This document shows, piece after piece, positions 1 through 8,311 of a stretch of 64,000 bases of DNA. The DNA comes from an uncultured Oscillospiraceae bacterium (GTDB taxonomy: Bacteria; Bacillota; Clostridia; Oscillospirales; Oscillospiraceae). The stretch covers positions 63 to 64,062 of the forward strand of contig CANQXH010000001.1 of NCBI GenBank assembly GCA_947627745.1, given 5' to 3'. The notes below the pieces were generated by a model that was not told the origin of the DNA, searched no databases, and was given only the letters and a program-made list of their open reading frames with translations. Each line of letters opens with the position of its first letter. The stretch's first letter is position 1. The position numbers and the translations under genes were made by a program.

Positions 1-795
1 TACCTCGATTTCCTTTGCCAGCGCGACGCCCTCTTTCCTGCGGGCGACGCTCAGATCCATCAATGCGGACAATTCCAGCATGGATAACTTCTTCTCTTTC
101 AGGATACGGATTTGCCGGCAGGCTTTCTCCGTAACCGCTACATACTGCTTGCCAAGCTCCAATGCGGACAGGCAGTGAAGCAGCGCCGTGTCGGTAAGCG
201 TCCCGTTAAAAAAGGACGCAAGCTCCGTATACATGCGGTCGTTGGCGATATATCCGGTAATGACGTCATATCCCGCGGCGAATGACGCATATTTTTCGTA
301 CAGAGCAGTACCTTTTGCCGCCTCCATCTCCTTGCGGTGGTAAGCGATCAACATAGCCCAATCCATGTCCAAATCCACGGACAGCACCTTTAGTCCCGTC
401 AAGTCCAGTTCGACGGTATAAAAGACCGGGCTTGCTTCCGCGCAGATCAGCGTCAGGGGCTGGATCGTGCTGGTTCCCATATAGAAGCCCCTTCCGAAAT
501 CGCATTCCGCCCGACTGATAGGCGCTATGTCACCGGTAAGTCCGCTTTTGGAACCGTGATACAGAATGAACCGGTCGTTATCGTTCGGAAATTCCACGGA
601 ACGAATGACCATCTCGGCCAGCGGTATATGATATTCTTTGCAAAAAGAAGCGAGATGTTTCTGCGCCATTTTGGTTGGAAAATTTTTTCCGTTTTCCCAG
701 CGGTTAATGGATAGGACCGTAGTACCGAGCGCATTGGCAAACTGCTCCTGGTTCATTCCCGCCTTTTGACGAATCTCACGAATCAATTCTCTCAA
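1..795 (-). CDS. XRE-type HTH fused to a DUF3990-like domain; the 3' end runs off the left edge of the window
   Basis: My own translation of the minus strand from TTG at 795, preceded by AGGAGG, gives LRELIREIRQKAGMNQEQFANALGTTVLSINRWENGKNFP (HTH) and then ILYHGSKSG...ECDFGRGFYMGTS (DUF3990-like). The frame is open to position 1. It is missing from the ORF track because no stop codon falls in the window. Confidence 0.7.
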   Translation of the reverse strand, partial: MRELIREIRQKAGMNQEQFANALGTTVLSINRWENGKNFPTKMAQKHLASFCKEYHIPLAEMVIRSVEFPNDNDRFILYHGSKSGLTGDIAPISRAECDFGRGFYMGTSTIQPLTLICAEASPVFYTVELDLTGLKVLSVDLDMDWAMLIAYHRKEMEAAKGTALYEKYASFAAGYDVITGYIANDRMYTELASFFNGTLTDTALLHCLSALELGKQYVAVTEKACRQIRILKEKKLSMLELSALMDLSVARRKEGVALAKEIEV

Positions 796-807
796 AGAAT
801 TGTCCTC

Positions 808-857
808 CTATCAAATGATGTTTTATCTATTGTATCACTTGATAGTGCCAATGTCAA
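808..857 (-). promoter_or_regulatory. Sigma-A type promoter with a flanking 7-bp palindrome, a putative autoregulatory operator
   Basis: On the minus strand: TTGACA (857-852), a 17-nt spacer, then TACAAT (834-829) preceded by TG. The inverted repeat CTATCAA (808-814) / TTGATAG (839-845) brackets the -10 box. Confidence 0.5.
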
Positions 858-1032
858 TAACGGCAAAGACCGGTGCTGAGTATTACCAACGATGAGCAAA
901 ATGGGGAAACGGACGAATCAAAGAAAACTTCCCGCCGCAAGTTTGATTTGCTGCGGACAGATAAGGTTTCCTGAATGAAACGATTGGTCTTAATTTTTCT
1001 TCTTTGCTCTACTCCAACTATTGACATAGAGC

Positions 1033-1066
1033 CAAAAAATAACAGGTCGGAGTGATCTGACCTGTT
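1033..1066 (-). terminator. Intrinsic terminator of the XRE gene at 1065-1448
   Basis: An 8-bp stem AACAGGTC / GACCTGTT (1041-1048 and 1059-1066) is followed on the minus strand by a T-run (A-run 1034-1039 on plus). Confidence 0.6.
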
Positions 1067-1448
1067 AGTAATCTGTATTCAGTTTAGATGAATGCATGGA
1101 CTTCTTGACTTCCTTGACAATTTTGAGAATTGACTCGATCTCAGTCGGTGTACAATCCTCAAGCAACTCTGCAAACTCGCTTTTATAAATGTTATTCACC
1201 TCGGGGATATCCGTGCGAAGCAGGATGTCGGCGGAAACCTGCAATGCCTCGACAATTCCAATGAAAGTTGTAAGCCGCATAGAAGACTTGCCTGTCTCGA
1301 TGTCGCTGACCTGAGATAAGGAGATGTTGGCTTTATCCGCAAGATCGGCCTGACTCATTTTCTTGTTGGTTCGGATATCACGGATTCGCTTTCCGATTTC
1401 TATGACTTCCTCCGATCGCGGATTGCTTCTCACTTCTCTCACCCCCAT
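1065..1448 (-). CDS. XRE-family HTH transcriptional regulator (cI-like arm of a divergent pair)
   Basis: 127 aa. The HTH reads MSQADLADKANISLSQVSDIETGKSSMRLTTFIGIVEALQVSADILL. Confidence 0.85.
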   Translation of the reverse strand: MGVREVRSNPRSEEVIEIGKRIRDIRTNKKMSQADLADKANISLSQVSDIETGKSSMRLTTFIGIVEALQVSADILLRTDIPEVNNIYKSEFAELLEDCTPTEIESILKIVKEVKKSMHSSKLNTDY

Positions 1449-1475
1449 TTCGGCTTAACCATATACCTTAATAAA

Positions 1476-1540
1476 ATTATATCGGGATTACGCCAAGCTT
1501 CCATAGCGTAAACGCCATAATATCGGGTTAACGCTATAAT
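1476..1540. promoter_or_regulatory. Divergent promoter/operator region with two 16-nt direct repeats
   Basis: The repeats are ATATCGGGATTACGCC (1479-1494) and ATATCGGGTTAACGCT (1520-1535), 13 of 16 identical and 41 bp apart. The first overlaps a minus-strand TATAAT (1481-1476). The second abuts a plus-strand TATAAT (1535-1540). AGGAGG lies at 1559-1564 before the ATG at 1572. Confidence 0.45.
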
Positions 1541-1571
1541 AAAACCAACTTTATTTTTAGGAGGTTTTATT

Positions 1572-1934
1572 ATGGCAATCAACTTCGTACAAATTGGGAA
1601 GCATATCGGAGAAATCAGAAAGCGTCGAGGTCTTTCTCAGCAGAAGCTCTCGGACATCATCAACAAGTCCCCGACCTACGTCAGCTACATTGAAGGAGGG
1701 CTCAAGTGCATGAGTCTCGACACGTTCGTCTCCATCGCAAATGCTCTCCAGGTATCCGCAGATGAGCTCCTCAAGGACAACATCGAGAACAACATAAAAG
1801 TGGCAAACCACGAATTTGCTTCCCTGATCGCAGACTGCAGTGAATACGAAAAACGAGTCCTTCTTTCTATGCTGAAGGCAGCAAAGGCGGCCATGCGGGA
1901 GAACCGGCATCTTCTGATAACTCGGCGCAAATAA
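1572..1934 (+). CDS. XRE-family HTH transcriptional regulator (Cro-like arm of the divergent pair)
   Basis: 120 aa. The HTH reads LSQQKLSDIINKSPTYVSYIEGGLKCMSLDTFVSIANALQVSADELL. It has a strong RBS. Confidence 0.85.
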   Translation: MAINFVQIGKHIGEIRKRRGLSQQKLSDIINKSPTYVSYIEGGLKCMSLDTFVSIANALQVSADELLKDNIENNIKVANHEFASLIADCSEYEKRVLLSMLKAAKAAMRENRHLLITRRK

Positions 1935-2174
1935 ATTATATGGACATATTGTGCGAGACGCAATCGACCGAAAGTCAACGATTTCACTCCTGGTTTATAG
2001 ATTCAAAGTTGACATGGTCGATTTATTTCTATTCTCTCTGGACTTGTGCGGATGTCGCTGGTATTGTGTGTTACTGACAGGATTACATTTTCGCCGAATC
2101 CTATTACATTTTCGGTAAAATCGAGATTTTTCAGGGGCCCACCAGTATAATTAAGTACGGAAGGATGATGACCG

Positions 2175-2885
2175 ATGGTCTATTTTACGGGCGATATACA
2201 CGGCGCGGCCGACGGTATCGCTGACTTTATAAACAAAGTACATCCCACCATGGATGATGTAATCGTCCTCTTGGGGGATGTAGGCGCAAATTATTATTCA
2301 GGCCGCAGAGATAACTTGCTGAAAGCCTTTCTCAACGATGTCGGAACGATGTTCCTCTGCATCCACGGAAACCATGAAAGGCGTCCGGTCACCATACCGG
2401 GATATATCAAAACTGAATGGCACGGCGGAAAGGCATGGGTTCAACCCGAGTACCCCAATCTGATCTTTGCCAAGGATGGAGAAATATATACGTTGAACGG
2501 ACTCCGCTACCTTGTGATCGGCGGCGCATACAGTGTGGACAAGTACTACCGGTTAAGCCGAGGCTGGGGCTGGTGGTCTGACGAGCAGCCATCGAAGGAA
2601 ATCAAAGCCTATGTGGAACATCAGATTCAGAGCAAACCGTTTGATATCGTCCTGTCTCACACCTGTCCGTTTAAGTATGAGCCAACCGAAATGTTTCTCG
2701 GAGGGATTGATCAGAGCACGGTTGATGACAGCACAGAGCGTTGGCTTGATACCATCGAGGAATCCATTAAATACAAGGCGTGGTTCTGTGGGCACTGGCA
2801 CACGGATAAGAGGATCGACAAGATGCACTTCCTGTTCCACTCCTTCGAATCTGATGAGCAGTTCAGGAAATCAATGGAGGATTGA
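2175..2885 (+). CDS. Calcineurin-like metallophosphoesterase (paralog 1)
   Basis: 236 aa with the MPE motifs GDIHG, LLGDVG, GNHE, LSHTCP and GHWH in canonical order. Confidence 0.8.
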   Translation: MVYFTGDIHGAADGIADFINKVHPTMDDVIVLLGDVGANYYSGRRDNLLKAFLNDVGTMFLCIHGNHERRPVTIPGYIKTEWHGGKAWVQPEYPNLIFAKDGEIYTLNGLRYLVIGGAYSVDKYYRLSRGWGWWSDEQPSKEIKAYVEHQIQSKPFDIVLSHTCPFKYEPTEMFLGGIDQSTVDDSTERWLDTIEESIKYKAWFCGHWHTDKRIDKMHFLFHSFESDEQFRKSMED

Positions 2886-2888
2886 GCT

Positions 2889-3314
2889 ATGAGAAAACTA
2901 CCATCACTGAACGAGATGGAACATATCTCATCCAAGGAGTTTGGTGAAAACATGGACGCCATCCTGGATCGGGTTACAGATGGAGATACCGCTTTCATCA
3001 TTGATCATAACGACAAATCCTATGTTCTCTGCCCGGCAAGATGGTTTGAGCTCCCCGAGCTGAAACGCATGGAACTGCTGGTCAAGAACGCTGTGCGGTT
3101 CGTCATCTCCGTTGATGACTCAGATCTTGCTGAAACCGTGCAGATGGTCAAGGATATGGCTCCGGCTCTATCACCGGAATGCATCAACAGCCTCCTTGAC
3201 CTGATCAAGGGTAAAGATGTCAAGACGGGCAATAACGAATGGGATGAACTGCGACAGGCTTTAGAAGCAGCTCTACCGACAACCGAAAAAAGAAAAGATG
3301 AAGATACACCATGA
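2889..3314 (+). CDS. Small protein with a Phd/YefM-antitoxin-like N-terminus
   Basis: 141 aa. The N-terminus ISSKEFGENMDAILDRVTDGDTAFIIDHNDKSYVLCPARWFE resembles the Phd/YefM fold pattern. Its stop overlaps the next start (ATGA at 3311-3314). Confidence 0.6.
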   Translation: MRKLPSLNEMEHISSKEFGENMDAILDRVTDGDTAFIIDHNDKSYVLCPARWFELPELKRMELLVKNAVRFVISVDDSDLAETVQMVKDMAPALSPECINSLLDLIKGKDVKTGNNEWDELRQALEAALPTTEKRKDEDTP

Positions 3315-3925
3315 TTTACTATATTGCGGACATGCACTTCGGGCACAAGAACGTGCTGCGCTTTGACAACCGGCCCTTTGCGGATACGGATCTGATGGAT
3401 GAAGCGCTGATTCACAACTGGAACGAACGAGTCACAGACGAAGATACGGTCTATGTACTTGGCGATGCCTTCTGGAAGAACGAAGAAAACAGCGTAAAGA
3501 TCATCCGGCGCCTCAACGGACACAAGCATCTGATTCGCGGCAATCATGACCGAGTACACGGCCAGCTGAGATTCCATTGGGAGAGCATCGAGCAGTATGT
3601 GGAAATCAACGACGGGAATACGCTGGTCATCATGAGCCACTATCCCATCATGTTCTATAAGAATCAGCACTATGGCTCCGTCATGCTCTATGGTCACGTA
3701 CACAACACTCGAGAGTGGCAGCTCGTAGAAAAGTGGAAGCACGAGCAGTGGAATATGGGTATTCCGAGCAGGCTGATCAACATAGGTTGCATGATGGACT
3801 ATATGGGATACACACCCCGTACTCTTGAAGAACTGCTGAAAGAAAACCCAATGCCGGTATTCGACAGAATTCGAAAAGATGGGACACCCATCGCCAATCC
3901 GTCGGAGGACACGTGTAATGGATAG
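3311..3925 (+). CDS. Calcineurin-like metallophosphoesterase (paralog 2, phage-type DMHFGH class)
   Basis: 204 aa with motifs IADMHFGH, LGDAF, GNHD, SHYP and GHVH. Confidence 0.8.
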   Translation: MIYYIADMHFGHKNVLRFDNRPFADTDLMDEALIHNWNERVTDEDTVYVLGDAFWKNEENSVKIIRRLNGHKHLIRGNHDRVHGQLRFHWESIEQYVEINDGNTLVIMSHYPIMFYKNQHYGSVMLYGHVHNTREWQLVEKWKHEQWNMGIPSRLINIGCMMDYMGYTPRTLEELLKENPMPVFDRIRKDGTPIANPSEDTCNG

Positions 3926-4235
3926 CCAAGACAAACTCATCGATGACGTTGAAGTCATAGCAAATAAGATAAAAGATCTTCTCGATTTAGCCTATGTTCA
4001 GTACTCCAAATTGGTGGATGCGGTGCTGGCCGGCAGCATAACCGAGGAAAATCAGATTGAACATATTCTTGACGGTATTATAGATTTCGGAGATGACCTG
4101 CGTTTCCTGGAATTATCCAAGAAGCTTTGCCGCCATATCTACTACCGGTACCCGCATCTTGTAGGAAACTTTGATAGCATGTATCGAATGATGTTCGAGT
4201 TGAGAGAGGATTCCAATGGAAATGGTGACGATTGA
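3918..4235 (+). CDS. Hypothetical helical acidic protein
   Basis: I chose the ATG at 3918, which overlaps the stop of the upstream gene. The track ORF 3879-4235 is in the same frame. I recognise no motif. Confidence 0.5.
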   Translation: MDSQDKLIDDVEVIANKIKDLLDLAYVQYSKLVDAVLAGSITEENQIEHILDGIIDFGDDLRFLELSKKLCRHIYYRYPHLVGNFDSMYRMMFELREDSNGNGDD

Positions 4236-4434
4236 GGTCAGGCTCCCCAAAGAAATATACGATAAGGCTTCCGAAATTCTTGCCAAGCAGGGACTCACTA
4301 TGGAAGACGCCATTGTCCTGTTCTATAACGAAACAGCCAGACTTGGGCGAATCCCATTCGAGTATACCGAAGAAGATCTTGAAGAAGCCAGGAGATGGGA
4401 GAAAATGATAAACGATGATTTATGTGATGTCTGA
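4216..4434 (+). CDS. RelB/DinJ-family antitoxin-like protein
   Basis: 72 aa. VTIEVRLPKEIYDKASEILAKQGLTMEDAIVLFYNETARLGRIPFEY follows the RelB/DinJ ribbon-helix-helix pattern (...Gl..s.ai..f.....iPFe). It overlaps the next gene by 20 nt. Confidence 0.65.
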   Translation: MEMVTIEVRLPKEIYDKASEILAKQGLTMEDAIVLFYNETARLGRIPFEYTEEDLEEARRWEKMINDDLCDV

Positions 4435-5164
4435 TATCCACGGAAATGCCATTCGGTTCAACTCTATCATGGAACAGATCAATCTGCAGCCGGAGGATAC
4501 TCTCTATGTCCTCGGAGATGTTATTGATCGGTATCCGGACGGCATCAGAATACTCCGTTTGCTGATGAGTATGCCCAACGTGCAGATGCTCTTGGGCAAT
4601 CACGAATACATGATGCTGAATGTCCTGGACCGGCTTGACAAAAATAATCCCGAGTATCCCCACGCCGTGCGTCTTTGGTACCGTAACGGCGGGGACATTA
4701 CGCACGAGTATATAAAGCATATTCAGAAATCTGTCCGTATGGAGGTCTTCAATTATCTTCACAGCCTGCCATTAAATATCGATATTGAGGTCAACGGTCA
4801 GCAATATCTCCTCGTGCACGGCGGAGCTATCGCATTGTATCACCACTACATGAACCGGTACGATACCCAGGAAGAATATGCGGTATGGAACCGCGTTTAC
4901 TACAACTCACCTGATGTTAATGGCAAAATAATCATCTTCGGTCATACGCCGACATCGGAATACCAGCGCAACAACCCACTCGAGATTTGGCGGTCGCCGT
5001 CCGGAGGCAAGATCGGAATTGACTGCGGGTGCGGGTTTCCACATCCCTTATCCCAGGGACAGCATCCTGAGTACGGAAGGCTCGCATGTCTGCGATTGGA
5101 TGATATGAAAGTGTTCTATTCAAGCGAAGATATCCCAGAGGAGGTGGAGGAAATTGTCTGGTAA
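4415..5164 (+). CDS. PP-lambda/PrpA/ApaH-like Ser/Thr-type metallophosphatase (paralog 3)
   Basis: 249 aa with motifs SDIHGN, LGDVIDR, GNHE, VHGG and GHTP. Confidence 0.8.
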   Translation: MIYVMSDIHGNAIRFNSIMEQINLQPEDTLYVLGDVIDRYPDGIRILRLLMSMPNVQMLLGNHEYMMLNVLDRLDKNNPEYPHAVRLWYRNGGDITHEYIKHIQKSVRMEVFNYLHSLPLNIDIEVNGQQYLLVHGGAIALYHHYMNRYDTQEEYAVWNRVYYNSPDVNGKIIIFGHTPTSEYQRNNPLEIWRSPSGGKIGIDCGCGFPHPLSQGQHPEYGRLACLRLDDMKVFYSSEDIPEEVEEIVW

Positions 5165-6428
5165 CTTAACTCAACCCAAAGTGGATCATTATATTCATTG
5201 GCTTAGCAGAAATGAGCACTTTGGATTGCGTGGGTGCATTTACGATGATGAAAGCAACAAACTGCTTGATGAATTATTTGATCTGATCGAACAGATTGCT
5301 CCAGTCTCTAAGAACGGGGCAAGGGTCCTCTGGCTTCGCGCAGAACGAGGGCCAATCGAGGATTACGGCAACGCAGAGGAAGAAGTGGCTTGCGGCGAAT
5401 TCGATTCGGTCAAACAGTTCGTTGAAGATTGGAAAGAATGGTTTCCGGAAGAAATCAAGTGGTATCAGCTGCAAGCGGTTCAACTCAAAGATGAGGGATA
5501 CAGGGCAGTCATGGTTGGACACAAATATGTAATTGTCCAAGACAAACGTAGAGAGCCCGCCGGATTCCCGAATGAAATTCCTGAGTTTGTCCAGTGGTTA
5601 ATTGATGGAGTCAAAGAGTGTATCGAGATGCTCAAAGCCGGAACGTATAACGACTTCGTTAATGGTAGCCTGCCCCCGCAGCATCGAACTGGAAAGATCC
5701 TCCGCAAGAATTATTGGGACGTATGGCCGGAGGCGAGAAAAGAGTTCTTTAAGAACATCTCCGCAGAGGATGTGGCTGAATTTATCCGAAAGGCAACCGC
5801 TCAGAGAGAACGCTCCGAAACAATTAAAGAACGACTGCCATCCATGACGGCCAATGACTTCTTCCGATTCTGCGCCATGGGTTATGCAGAGAACAAATAT
5901 AAGGGCTGCGATAAAACACCGAAAGAACAGTATTACCTCCATGCTGACGGCCGAGATGAAGGACTTCGGGATCTCGATCCTGACGATCCCACGGCATTTC
6001 AAGCATGGCTCAATGGCTCCTCACGTGGAGGCGGGCATCCATGGGAAGTCTGCAGAGGCGGCAACTCAACTCATGTTTCTCTGCGACCGATAGATGACAA
6101 AGACGGCTATTACCTTTGCCTGGACGGAGATGCATGGAACAGAACCATCGAAACGGTCAAGTTCTATCTTGCCCTGACAAGAGCGGGCGTTCCGGTGTAT
6201 CTCATAGAAGCCCATACTCTGGCAGATAGGCTGGCAGAGAAGGAATGGATCGGAATTGTGCCAGAGGGCGTGATGCCGGCCTATTGTGAGAGCTGGTTCC
6301 CAAACGAGCATATCATCGACTACATGAATCTGCCCTATGAGGACCGGGAGAAGTTTCTGCCCTTCTGCGTATGGTATGAGGAGAAGCCGATTATGCTTGC
6401 AAAGGAAAAGGAGAGAGATCTGAAATGA
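5154..6428 (+). CDS. Hypothetical 424-aa protein with no recognisable family
   Basis: The TTG start at 5154 is preceded by GGAGGTGGAGGAAA and overlaps the stop of the upstream gene. The reading frame is long and non-repetitive, and its composition matches its neighbours. Confidence 0.6.
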   Translation: MSGNLTQPKVDHYIHWLSRNEHFGLRGCIYDDESNKLLDELFDLIEQIAPVSKNGARVLWLRAERGPIEDYGNAEEEVACGEFDSVKQFVEDWKEWFPEEIKWYQLQAVQLKDEGYRAVMVGHKYVIVQDKRREPAGFPNEIPEFVQWLIDGVKECIEMLKAGTYNDFVNGSLPPQHRTGKILRKNYWDVWPEARKEFFKNISAEDVAEFIRKATAQRERSETIKERLPSMTANDFFRFCAMGYAENKYKGCDKTPKEQYYLHADGRDEGLRDLDPDDPTAFQAWLNGSSRGGGHPWEVCRGGNSTHVSLRPIDDKDGYYLCLDGDAWNRTIETVKFYLALTRAGVPVYLIEAHTLADRLAEKEWIGIVPEGVMPAYCESWFPNEHIIDYMNLPYEDREKFLPFCVWYEEKPIMLAKEKERDLK

Positions 6429-6808
6429 GCGGAGGATGCTGGAATTATACAAATGATAGCCTTGCAAATGAAGTTCTTGGATATTACATAGATGTCGATT
6501 ACGGTCTGGACAGCGTCAGGCATGATAAGAACTACAAGCAAGTCATAAGGGACAACCCTTTAGGTGATCCCGAAATATCCGCACTCGTTTATGATGTGTT
6601 CTGCCTGCTGCATTCTTATGATTGGGCAGAATCCGGCGACACGGACATGGACGACTATCAAAGAGATGTGGAAATCTTCAAAAGTCGATGGTTTAAAAAG
6701 GCACGCAAAGATCAAATCAGAGAGATCATCGACATCAGCACAGAGAATCTGAAAGACAACCTATACAGGGCGTTCGGCTGCAAAGCGGAAACAAGTAGTG
6801 AACCATGA
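6425..6808 (+). CDS. Hypothetical 127-aa acidic protein
   Basis: Its start overlaps the upstream stop (ATGA at 6425-6428). I recognise no motif. Confidence 0.55.
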   Translation: MSGGCWNYTNDSLANEVLGYYIDVDYGLDSVRHDKNYKQVIRDNPLGDPEISALVYDVFCLLHSYDWAESGDTDMDDYQRDVEIFKSRWFKKARKDQIREIIDISTENLKDNLYRAFGCKAETSSEP

Positions 6809-6881
6809 GTTCAATGACTTTCCGACCTCAACCCGATACAATAAGCACAGACAATAAATCATAATGACGAGGTGAGTGTAT

Positions 6882-7520
6882 ATGAACTTGAAAGAAGCGT
6901 TCCGTTATCAAAACAAGCTCCAATCCTTCATGGATGAAGCCCAGGGGATTCTGGATCGTGATTCCAATGTTACCAAGGTGGAGAATACCTATTTGCGGCA
7001 CAAGGTAACGGCAGAGGCCGAGGATGAGACTGTCATCATCGCCCCCGAAACCGAATACTATGAGCAGATCACCAATATCGCTCAGTTCCTGCTGTATCTT
7101 CTGAAGGAGAAGGACCAGCTGTTCGCAGCTATCCGCAATGCAAAGGATGCCCTTGACATCGATATGGACAGCGAGGTCAGCCTCAATGCCACTCGACAGA
7201 GCATCGCCCGCACTTTCAAGCGAATGAATGATCTGCGCAATTCGGAACAGACCATCTCCAACGGAGGCACCGGCTACCGTTTTAATGCTGAAGGCAATCA
7301 GATTTCCTATCGCTGCGACGTCAAGCGCGTGACAACGATCAACTATGATCGTAAAATCATCCGCGACGAGCTCGGCAAGCTGAATAAGCAGGCTGATGAG
7401 ATGTCCACGAAGATTGATCTGTGCCTGGTCACATCCAAGGTGGACTATGAACCGCCCTTTGATGTGAACTCGAGCTTCGCCGAAGCGTTCGAGGCATACA
7501 CGGAAAACGCCAGGGCTTAA
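6882..7520 (+). CDS. Hypothetical coiled-coil protein
   Basis: The ATG at 6882 lies 6 nt after GAGGTGA (6869-6875). The track start at 6876 (GTG) leaves no spacer. The product (MNLKEAFRYQNKLQSFMDEA...) is helical and rich in charged residues. Confidence 0.6.
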   Translation: MNLKEAFRYQNKLQSFMDEAQGILDRDSNVTKVENTYLRHKVTAEAEDETVIIAPETEYYEQITNIAQFLLYLLKEKDQLFAAIRNAKDALDIDMDSEVSLNATRQSIARTFKRMNDLRNSEQTISNGGTGYRFNAEGNQISYRCDVKRVTTINYDRKIIRDELGKLNKQADEMSTKIDLCLVTSKVDYEPPFDVNSSFAEAFEAYTENARA

Positions 7521-7537
7521 TGCCCTGGCGCAGACCG
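7508..7537 (+). terminator. Intrinsic terminator ending the 9-gene operon
   Basis: A 9-bp stem CGCCAGGGC / GCCCTGGCG (7508-7516 and 7522-7530) with loop TTAAT overlaps the stop codon. The downstream tail is only weakly T-rich. Confidence 0.5.
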
Positions 7538-7857
7538 ACTATTTTGGGTGCGGCAAGATAAGAGAATATGGATACCGGTTCAGGTGCAGATGAACTATAA
7601 GGCTGCACACGTCTGTAAGGATATTCAGGTTCGGCTCACCCTACGAGCCTTCATAATAGGAGAAAAGAAGCATTCAGCTTCTCCATCACCGCTCTGCTTC
7701 CTTACATCAGAACCGTTTTTTCGTCACCACTCTCATTCTTGCTTCCAAACTGACATCTCCATTTTGAGGCATGCAAGCCCAACTCGCTGATTACGAGATT
7801 TCAATGATCAAATACTGATCTTTCTTCCTCCGTGAGCTGCGTCGAAAGCGTGACTCG

Positions 7858-8226
7858 TCATGCAGCCGACAATGCAAACGGAACAAATGGTTGAAGTTGC
7901 ATCGGACTCTTGCCGTATCCAAAATAGCCGGTCATAAAATGACTTGAGCAGCAGGACTCAGCCTGCTGCTCACCGACGATATGCAGTTTTACCGCAACGG
8001 GAACCAGGATCTGATCCATCGGAACCTCAAAGAGATTTCCAAGTGCGTACAGATTATCTACAGTAGGAAGGCTTTCGCCTTTCTGCCACTTGTAGATTGC
8101 CCGAGGTTCCTCAAAGCCGAAGTAGCTCTGCAGATCTCGAACAGTCAAGCCGCGCTCGATGCGCAGGCGACGGATGTTGTTTCCCGTGGCGACAAGGTCA
8201 ATCACGGGAAAGCCTTTCATATACAT
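7858..8226 (-). CDS. XRE-family HTH transcriptional regulator
   Basis: 122 aa. The HTH reads IRRLRIERGLTVRDLQSYFGFEEPRAIYKWQKGESLPTVDNLYALGNLF. GGAGG lies 8 nt upstream of the ATG at 8226. Confidence 0.8.
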   Translation of the reverse strand: MYMKGFPVIDLVATGNNIRRLRIERGLTVRDLQSYFGFEEPRAIYKWQKGESLPTVDNLYALGNLFEVPMDQILVPVAVKLHIVGEQQAESCCSSHFMTGYFGYGKSPMQLQPFVPFALSAA

Positions 8227-8311
8227 GAAAATCGCCTCCTTCAGAGAGTGATATTAAAGAATAGCAGGTTCATACAAAAAAATCAAGGCCCAAAATGCAA
8301 GGGAGGTCAAA

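Noticed and set aside
3020-3958. 312-aa minus-strand ORF inside the island operon
   Set aside because: It overlaps two plus-strand genes that carry canonical metallophosphoesterase motifs and coupled start and stop codons. It has no RBS and no motif.
7548-7790. 80-aa ORF in the gap after the operon terminator
   Set aside because: It has no RBS, an odd composition and an alternative start codon. It is more likely non-coding or decayed sequence.
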